Positions 58,166 through 64,000 of a stretch of DNA of 64,000 nucleotides are shown piece after piece. The stretch is from contig JBGGNI010000213.1 of the NCBI GenBank assembly GCA_041287585.1, positions 7,250 through 71,249 on the forward strand. The letters run 5' to 3'. Origin of the DNA: Xanthobacteraceae bacterium (GTDB lineage: Bacteria > Pseudomonadota > Alphaproteobacteria > Rhizobiales > Xanthobacteraceae). The translations under genes were made by a program, and so were the position numbers. Each line of letters starts with the position of its first letter. The stretch's first letter is position 1. Under the pieces are notes generated by a model. It was given only the letters and a program-made list of their open reading frames with translations, did not search any database and was not told the origin of the DNA.

Positions 58166-60264
58166 GTGCGGGCTCCACTCTGCGCGAAAAAGGTGCCATC
58201 CCGCCCCGCCAGTTCCGCGAGGAGTGCCGAAGGGATATTGTCGGGGTTGCCGGAGGCGGCATGCATAGCCGCGAGCCGGTCGCGGATCGGCCGCAGGCCG
58301 ATGCCATCGGCGTAGAACATCGGGCCGCCGCGCCAAGCCGGCCAGGCATAGCCATTGACCCACACCACATCTATGTCGCCGGCACGGCGGGCAATGCCTT
58401 CCTCCAGCAGCCGGGCGCCCTCATTGATCATCGGGTAAAGCAGGCGTTCCAGGATTTCAGGCGCACCGATGGCGCGCCGTTCGATACCGGCATCCCTCGA
58501 CGCCTGCTCGATGAGCGAGCGAATCTCGGGATCGGGCTCAGGTTTGCGCTGTCCGGCCGGGTAGCGGAAAAAGCCGCTGCCGGTCTTCTGGCCGTAGCGG
58601 CCGAGGGCATAGACCGCGTCGTGGATGGCAAGCGCCGCCCCCCGCGACTGCCGCACCCGCCAATTGGTGTCCACACCCGCCAGGTCGGTCATGGCAAAAG
58701 GCCCCATGGGAAAGCCGAAGGCGACCCAGGCGGCATCGACTTCGTCGGGTAATGCACCCTCGATGAGCAGACGTTCGGCCTCGACATGGCGCTTGGCCAG
58801 CATGCGGTTGCCGACGAAACCATCGCACACCCCGACCACCACCGGCACCTTGCGCAGCCGCTTCGCCACCGCGAGCGCAGTGACCAGCGTCTGGTCGGCG
58901 GTCGCGGCGGCGCGCACCACTTCGAGCAGCTTCATGATGTTGGCGGGGCTAAAGAAGTGCAGCCCCAGGACGCGCCCCGGATCGGCAGTCGACGCGGCGA
59001 TGGCGTCGACATTGAGAGTTGACGTATTGGTCGCAAGGATCGCCCGCGGCGGTGCATGGCGATCGAGCGCGGCAAAAATGGCCGTCTTCAGCGCCAGATC
59101 CTCAAGAGCCGCCTCGATCACCAGATCGACGTCACCGACCTGAGCGGCATCTCCTTCGATCGCCGCGAAGCCGGCGAGCGCCACGTCCGCTGCCGCGGCC
59201 GGCATCCGGCCCTTGGCGACAGCCTGGTGGAGCGTGGACCGGATGGCCCCCTCGGCCGCATCGAGCACGGCGCGAACCGGCTCAATCAAGCGTACGGCAA
59301 ACCCCGCGGTGAGAAAGGCGATGGCGATGCCCCGCCCCATGGTGCCGGCGCCGATGATGGCGACGCGCCCGACCGTGCCGGCAACCAGGCCCGGCGCCAG
59401 ATCGGGAAGCTGGGCCGCGGCACGCTCGGCCAGGAACACATGACGCAACGCCTTGGATTGAGCGCCCTCCATCAAAGTCTGGAAGATCGCCTTTTCCTTG
59501 GCGAGGCCAGCCTCGAAATCGCCGTCCAGCCCAGCGGCGATGGCATCGAGCGCCATGCCCGGCGCCACCTCGCCACGGGCATGCTGCTCCACGCGGGCCC
59601 TGGCATCGGCAAGAGAGGCCAAGCCTGTTTCGGTCGGGCCTTGCGGAACCGGGAGATCGCGCACCCGACGCAGACCTTGGCCGTCCGCGCCGCGGCTGCG
59701 CACGAAATCAGTGGCGAACGACACCAGATCATTCGGCGCAATGGCGTCGATCAGCCCGATGTCGAGCGCACGGCTGGCCGGAATCGCCGCGCCGCTGGTG
59801 ATCAGTTCGATGCTGGCCGCGATGCCGACGAGCCGCGGGGTCCGCTGGGTGCCGCCGGCACCGGGGATGAGGCCGAGCTTGACCTCGGGAAAGCCCAGCG
59901 AGGCATCGGGCGTCGCCACCCGCCAGTGACAGCCGATTGCCAGTTCAAGCCCGCCGCCCAGCGCATGTCCCTTGATGGCGGCGATGACCGGCTTGGTCAT
60001 CTGCTCGATCTGGTCGATCAAATCGAAGATGCGGGGCCAGCGCGGCGGCTGGCCAAATTCCTTGATATCGGCGCCACCGAAGTAATTACGCCCGCTGGTG
60101 GCCAGCACCACGCCATGCACCGTTGCCGTGGCCTGTGCGTCCAGCAAAGCGGCGTGCAGGCCGTGCCGGACCTCGAAACCAAGAGCATTTACCGGCGGAT
60201 TTTCCGCGATGATGACGCGGATATCGCCATCGTCGTGCCAACGGACGGGCTCCGTTGCCTGCAT
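58162..60264 (-). CDS. Bifunctional enoyl-CoA hydratase / 3-hydroxyacyl-CoA dehydrogenase (FadN/PimF-like)
   Basis: NPPVNALG, GGGLELA, PEVKLGLIPGAGGTQR; IIGAGTMG, LATNTS, GLHFFSPANIMKLLE, GFVGNR, GQKTG, WRGGPM. Confidence 0.93.
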   Translation of the reverse strand: MQATEPVRWHDDGDIRVIIAENPPVNALGFEVRHGLHAALLDAQATATVHGVVLATSGRNYFGGADIKEFGQPPRWPRIFDLIDQIEQMTKPVIAAIKGHALGGGLELAIGCHWRVATPDASLGFPEVKLGLIPGAGGTQRTPRLVGIAASIELITSGAAIPASRALDIGLIDAIAPNDLVSFATDFVRSRGADGQGLRRVRDLPVPQGPTETGLASLADARARVEQHARGEVAPGMALDAIAAGLDGDFEAGLAKEKAIFQTLMEGAQSKALRHVFLAERAAAQLPDLAPGLVAGTVGRVAIIGAGTMGRGIAIAFLTAGFAVRLIEPVRAVLDAAEGAIRSTLHQAVAKGRMPAAAADVALAGFAAIEGDAAQVGDVDLVIEAALEDLALKTAIFAALDRHAPPRAILATNTSTLNVDAIAASTADPGRVLGLHFFSPANIMKLLEVVRAAATADQTLVTALAVAKRLRKVPVVVGVCDGFVGNRMLAKRHVEAERLLIEGALPDEVDAAWVAFGFPMGPFAMTDLAGVDTNWRVRQSRGAALAIHDAVYALGRYGQKTGSGFFRYPAGQRKPEPDPEIRSLIEQASRDAGIERRAIGAPEILERLLYPMINEGARLLEEGIARRAGDIDVVWVNGYAWPAWRGGPMFYADGIGLRPIRDRLAAMHAASGNPDNIPSALLAELAGRDGTFFAQSGART

Positions 60265-60353
60265 GCGATTCCTCCGTCTTCGCGAGCGTCGCCCGCCGAA
60301 GAAAGCGGGTCGCGCTCGTCTGTTGGCGATGAAACTGGCTGCCGTTCTGAAAA

Positions 60354-60372
60354 CTGTCAACAGAAAACAATT
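60354..60372. promoter_or_regulatory. Putative GntR operator CTGTCAACAGAAAACAATT
   Basis: In the divergent promoter between the fadN-like and crotonase genes; 17/19 identical to 54935-54953. Confidence 0.7.
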
Positions 60373-60430
60373 GTCCGAGAGCGGTCGCATGCTAGCATTC
60401 GGGTCCGTGCCGAAGCTGCCGGAGGGGACG

Positions 60431-61210
60431 ATGGAACTGTCGGTCGCGCGTTCGGACGGCGTTGCGGTGCTGACCCTGAACCGCCCGCACAGCCTCAACG
60501 CCCTGACACCCGCCTTGCAATTCGAGTTGCTGAGGCTGGTCGAGGAACTGGCGGCGGACGATGCCGTCGGGGCCATGATCCTGACCGGAACGGGCCGCGC
60601 CTTCTGTTCCGGCGGCGACGTCAAGGCAATGGCGGAGCCGCAGTCCACGACGATACCGCAGCAGGTATCGAACCTGCTGGCACGGCAACAGGTCATCATG
60701 GCGCTGCGGCAGGCACCGAAAGTGACCATCGCCGCGGTCAACGGCATTGCGATGGGGGCGGGTCTTGCCTTGGCCATGGCCTGTGATTTCCGCATCGCGG
60801 CCGAGGGCGCCCGTTTCGGCGCGGCTTACGCCAAAATCGGCCTGACGGGCGATTTCGGCATTTCCTGGCTGCTGCAGCAGGAGATCGGCGCGGCACGCGC
60901 CCGCACGATGCTGCTGAGCGCCGAAGCGATCGATGCCCGCCTCGCGCTGGAATGGGGCATCGTCGGCGAGGTGGTGCCGGCACACGCCCTCATGGAGACC
61001 GCCGAGGCTTTGGCGCGCCGCTACGCCGAGGGTCCCCGGCTTGCCCACGCGGCGATGAAGCGCAATCTGCTGGCGGTGCCGACCGCCTCGCTGGCCGAAA
61101 TGCTGGTGCTGGAGGCCGAGCACCTGGTAGCGGCCAAACAGACAGCGGACCACAAGGAGGCCATTGCCGCCTTTGCAGAGAAGCGCCCGCCGCGTTTTGT
61201 CGGCCGCTGA
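60431..61210 (+). CDS. Crotonase family protein, PaaG-like isomerase type
   Basis: GGAGGGG RBS; LTLNRP..LNAL, GRAFCSGGD, AVNGIAMGAG, AYAKIGLTGDFG (Asp present, canonical Glu pair absent), EKRPPRF. Confidence 0.9.
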   Translation: MELSVARSDGVAVLTLNRPHSLNALTPALQFELLRLVEELAADDAVGAMILTGTGRAFCSGGDVKAMAEPQSTTIPQQVSNLLARQQVIMALRQAPKVTIAAVNGIAMGAGLALAMACDFRIAAEGARFGAAYAKIGLTGDFGISWLLQQEIGAARARTMLLSAEAIDARLALEWGIVGEVVPAHALMETAEALARRYAEGPRLAHAAMKRNLLAVPTASLAEMLVLEAEHLVAAKQTADHKEAIAAFAEKRPPRFVGR

Positions 61211-61577
61211 GCCTGGGATCAAAGAGATTCGAGCACCACCGGCCGGACGCGCGGCGCCTGCGCGCCCACTTCCGTTTAGCTCAGCTAATCAATCGGACTG
61301 ACTTTCTAAATGGAACTAACGGACGCTCCGTCCTATGTTCCGTGTCGAGCAGCACGACAGATCGCTGCCGCACCGTGAGCCGGGGAACACCCGCGGTTCA
61401 GGGTGGAGGAAAAACGCCGCTTCGACATACCGAACCGTCCCCGACGCCGGCCCCATGGCTGCGTGCGGCCGCGATCGACGCCTCCCGGACCGGGAGCCGC
61501 GCCGGCGCGACCCCATGGCCGGCGCCGTGTCTCGGCCGGACATGATGACCCACAGGACCGTATCTGAGGATCGCACG

Positions 61578-62936
61578 ATGAATCTCTCGACCTTGCTTCA
61601 AGCCCGCGCCGCCAAGGGCCGTCCGGTCCGCGTCGGCCTGATCGGCGCCGGTAAATTCGGCTCCATGGTTCTCGCGCAGGCCCAGCGCATCGAGGGCATG
61701 CACATGGTCGCCATTGCCGACCTCAATGTCGGCAAGGCGCGCGAATCCCTCAGCCGGGTCGGCTGGCCGCTCCAGCGCTACAGTGCCGCCAGCGCCGGCG
61801 ACGCGGTGAAGTCCGGGACCACCTTCGTCACCGACGATGTCGCCGCCATGCTGGCCTGCGACGAGATCGAATGCGTCATCGAGGCGACCGGCCATCCCAT
61901 CGCCGGCACCCGCCACGCCATCGCCGCCATCGACGCCGGCAAGCACGTCGTCATGGTGAATGTCGAGGCCGACGTGATGGTCGGCCCGATCCTCGCCGAG
62001 CGGGCGCGCAAGAAGGGCGTCATCTATTCCATGGCCTATGGCGACCAGCCGGCGCTGATCTGCGAGCTGGTCGACTGGGCCCGCGCCACCGGCTTCGAGA
62101 TCACCGCCGCCGGCAAGGGCATGAACTTCGAGCCGCGCTACCGCTATTCCACCCCGGACACGGTGTGGGGCTTCTTCGGCTGGACCGAGGAAGAGGTGAA
62201 GGCCGGCGACTTCAACCCGAAGATGTACAATTCCTTCACCGACGGCACCAAGGCGGCCATCGAGATGGCGGCGGTGGCCAACGGCACCGGGCTCGACTGC
62301 CCGGACGACGGCCTCGCCTTCCCGCCCGCCGGGCTGCACGACCTCGCCAAGGTGTTCCGCCCGGCGGCGGACGGCGGTCGCATGGCCCGCTCGGGCCTCG
62401 TCGACATCGCCGCCAGCCAGGAGCCGGACGGGCGCGAGGTGTTCAACAACATCCGCTACGGCGTGTTCGTCACCTTCAAGGCGCACAATGAATATGCCCG
62501 CGCCTGCTTCAAGCAGTACGGCCTGCTCACCGACCCGTCCGGCTGGTATGCATCGATGTGGCGCCCCTTCCACATCATCGGCCTGGAGACCTCGGTCAGC
62601 GTGCTCTCCGCCTGCCTGCGCAACGAGCCGACCGGCTGCTCCAGGGAGTTCCGCGGCGATGCGGTCGCCACCGCCAAGAAGGACATGAAGCCCGGCGAAA
62701 TGCTGGACGGCGAAGGCGGCTTCGCGGTGTGGGCCAACGCCATTCCGGCGACCCGCAGCCTCGATCTGCGCGCCTTGCCGATCGGCCTCGCGCACAATGT
62801 GAAGCTGAAGCGCCCGATCAAGAAGGACCAGATCGTCAGCTTCGACGATGTGGAGATGGTCAACGACCTCGACGTCGTGGCGGTGCGCCAGGAGATGGAA
62901 GACCGCTTCCGTCCCGGCACCAGCGTCGCTGCGTAG
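61578..62936 (+). CDS. NAD(P)-dependent oxidoreductase, homoserine dehydrogenase-like, with C-terminal SAF domain
   Basis: VRVGLIGAGKFG, IEATG, KHVVMVNVEAD, AYGDQP, FTDGTKAAIEMAAVAN, RPFHIIGLE, ATAKKDMKPGEMLDGEGG, LPIGLA. Confidence 0.85.
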   Translation: MNLSTLLQARAAKGRPVRVGLIGAGKFGSMVLAQAQRIEGMHMVAIADLNVGKARESLSRVGWPLQRYSAASAGDAVKSGTTFVTDDVAAMLACDEIECVIEATGHPIAGTRHAIAAIDAGKHVVMVNVEADVMVGPILAERARKKGVIYSMAYGDQPALICELVDWARATGFEITAAGKGMNFEPRYRYSTPDTVWGFFGWTEEEVKAGDFNPKMYNSFTDGTKAAIEMAAVANGTGLDCPDDGLAFPPAGLHDLAKVFRPAADGGRMARSGLVDIAASQEPDGREVFNNIRYGVFVTFKAHNEYARACFKQYGLLTDPSGWYASMWRPFHIIGLETSVSVLSACLRNEPTGCSREFRGDAVATAKKDMKPGEMLDGEGGFAVWANAIPATRSLDLRALPIGLAHNVKLKRPIKKDQIVSFDDVEMVNDLDVVAVRQEMEDRFRPGTSVAA

Positions 62937-62942
62937 GGAGCC

Positions 62943-62968
62943 CAAGCGGGCCGCCCGCGGCCCGCTTG
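62943..62968 (+). other. Strong intergenic stem-loop
   Basis: CAAGCGGGCCG-CCCG-CGGCCCGCTTG, perfect inverted repeat, no U tract. Confidence 0.6.
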
Positions 62969-62984
62969 TCTCCGGGAGGACGAC

Positions 62985-63296
62985 ATGACCGATACGACCC
63001 AGCCCTTCGTCGTCATCGCCGAGTTTCGGGTGAAGCCCGGCGCGATGGCCTCCTTTCTGGCGGCGGCGCAGGACGATGCCAGCCACTCCGTCGCCGACGA
63101 GCCGGGTTGCCGGCAGTTCGACGTGGTGCGGCCGGAAAGCGAAGAGGATGCCGTGCTGTTCTACGAGGTCTATGACAGTCGTGCCGCCTTCGACGCGCAT
63201 CTCGAAACGCCGCATTTGGCACGCTTCCGCTCCGCGTTTCCGGCGCTGATCGTCGAGGAGCGCACGGTGCGCTTCGGCGCGCGCCGTCACCCGTGA
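62985..63296 (+). CDS. Antibiotic biosynthesis monooxygenase (ABM) / LsrG-like protein
   Basis: GGAGG RBS; EFRVKPG, EPGCRQFDV, FYEVY...AAFDAHLETPH. Confidence 0.87.
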   Translation: MTDTTQPFVVIAEFRVKPGAMASFLAAAQDDASHSVADEPGCRQFDVVRPESEEDAVLFYEVYDSRAAFDAHLETPHLARFRSAFPALIVEERTVRFGARRHP

Positions 63297-63316
63297 GCGA
63301 TCGAGGAGACAGGACC

Positions 63317-64000
63317 ATGGCGCACAAACTTCGGCGTGTCGGCTTCATCGGCACCGGCATCATGGGCGGCCACATGGCGCGGCGCCTCATCGAGGCCGGC
63401 TTCGAGGTCTGCGCCTGGAACCGCACCGCAGCCAAGGCCGAGGTGCTCGCCGCCCACGGCGTTGCCGTGGTCCCGACGGCGGCCGCAACGGCGGCGGAAG
63501 CCGATGCGGTGGTGTGCATGCTCTCGTCCGGCCCGGTGTGCGATGCCGTGCTCGGCGGGCCGGAGGGCGTCATCGCCGCCATGAGACCCGGCGCCACGCT
63601 GGTGGTGATGAGTTCGATACCGGTGGAGACGGCACGCGCGCAGGCCGATGCCTGCGCCCGGCGCGGCCTGCACTATCTCGATGCTCCGGTCTCCGGCGGC
63701 GAGCGCGGCGCCCGCGAGGGCACGCTCGCCATCATGGCGGGCGGGCAGGCCCGCACCGTGGAGGAGCTGGCGCCGCTGTTCGCCGCGCTGGGTCGCCCGA
63801 CCCATGTCGGGCCGGCCGGTTCCGGCCAGCTCGCCAAGCTCGCCAACCAGCTCATAGTCGCCTCCAACATCTGCGCGGTGGCCGAGGCGCTGCTGCTGGC
63901 CGAGCGCGGCGGGGCCGACCCCGCCAAGGTGCGCGAGGCGCTGCTCGGCGGCTTTGCCGACTCTACCGTGCTGCGCCAGCACGGCGAACGCATGGTCCGC
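63317..64000 (+). CDS. Beta-hydroxyacid dehydrogenase (3-hydroxyisobutyrate dehydrogenase / tartronate semialdehyde reductase family), 3'-truncated
   Basis: Not in the ORF track (no stop in window); translated by hand: MAHKLRRVGFIGTGIMGGHMA..WNRT..DAPVSGG..GSGQLAKLANQ..GGFADS. Confidence 0.9.
   Translation, partial: MAHKLRRVGFIGTGIMGGHMARRLIEAGFEVCAWNRTAAKAEVLAAHGVAVVPTAAATAAEADAVVCMLSSGPVCDAVLGGPEGVIAAMRPGATLVVMSSIPVETARAQADACARRGLHYLDAPVSGGERGAREGTLAIMAGGQARTVEELAPLFAALGRPTHVGPAGSGQLAKLANQLIVASNICAVAEALLLAERGGADPAKVREALLGGFADSTVLRQHGERMVR

Noticed and set aside
61398-63982. Minus-strand ORFs of 630 aa and 231 aa
   Set aside because: Shadows of the plus-strand SAF oxidoreductase, ABM and beta-hydroxyacid dehydrogenase genes
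1-64000. CRISPR arrays, tRNA/rRNA, IS elements, integrases, prophage, toxin-antitoxin or defence genes
   Set aside because: No regularly spaced direct repeats, structural-RNA signatures or matching ORFs were seen; nearly all sequence is accounted for by metabolic, transport and regulator genes (by-eye inspection only)

Overview
High-GC (by eye), densely coding bacterial DNA, most consistent with an alphaproteobacterium (inference). It is made almost entirely of catabolic and uptake gene clusters; I saw no rRNA, tRNA, CRISPR array, integrase or transposase. Five blocks: (1) 1-6.9 kb, a Liv-type ABC permease pair, class-III aminotransferase, aldehyde dehydrogenase, cytoplasmic GGT-family hydrolase and stand-alone GAF protein, followed by an orphan PAS-HWE kinase. 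(2) 8-14.4 kb, an aromatic meta-cleavage-like cluster (HpcG-type hydratase, GntR, orphan Bug/TctC, VOC dioxygenase, alpha/beta hydrolase, flavin monooxygenase). (3) 14.5-30.2 kb, a D-apionate catabolic cluster around a RuBisCO-like protein (RLP, OiaK, ApnO, TRAP, FadR/NanR-like regulator, ApnL, sugar ABC with a fused ATPase-permease, SMP-30 lactonase). (4) 30.4-61.2 kb, a block preceded by a LysR-like gene remnant and holding two paralogous GntR regulators, a recurring TGTCAAC/TGTWWACA motif in five promoter regions, three ABC importers, aldolase/FAH/RraA-type enzymes and a CoA-dependent module with a cysteine-less thiolase plus DUF35 partner; substrate unknown. (5) 61.6-64 kb, a SAF-domain oxidoreductase, an ABM/LsrG-like protein and a truncated beta-hydroxyacid dehydrogenase. 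Block 4 is the best candidate for an undescribed system. All family calls rest on motif recognition by eye, not database searches.
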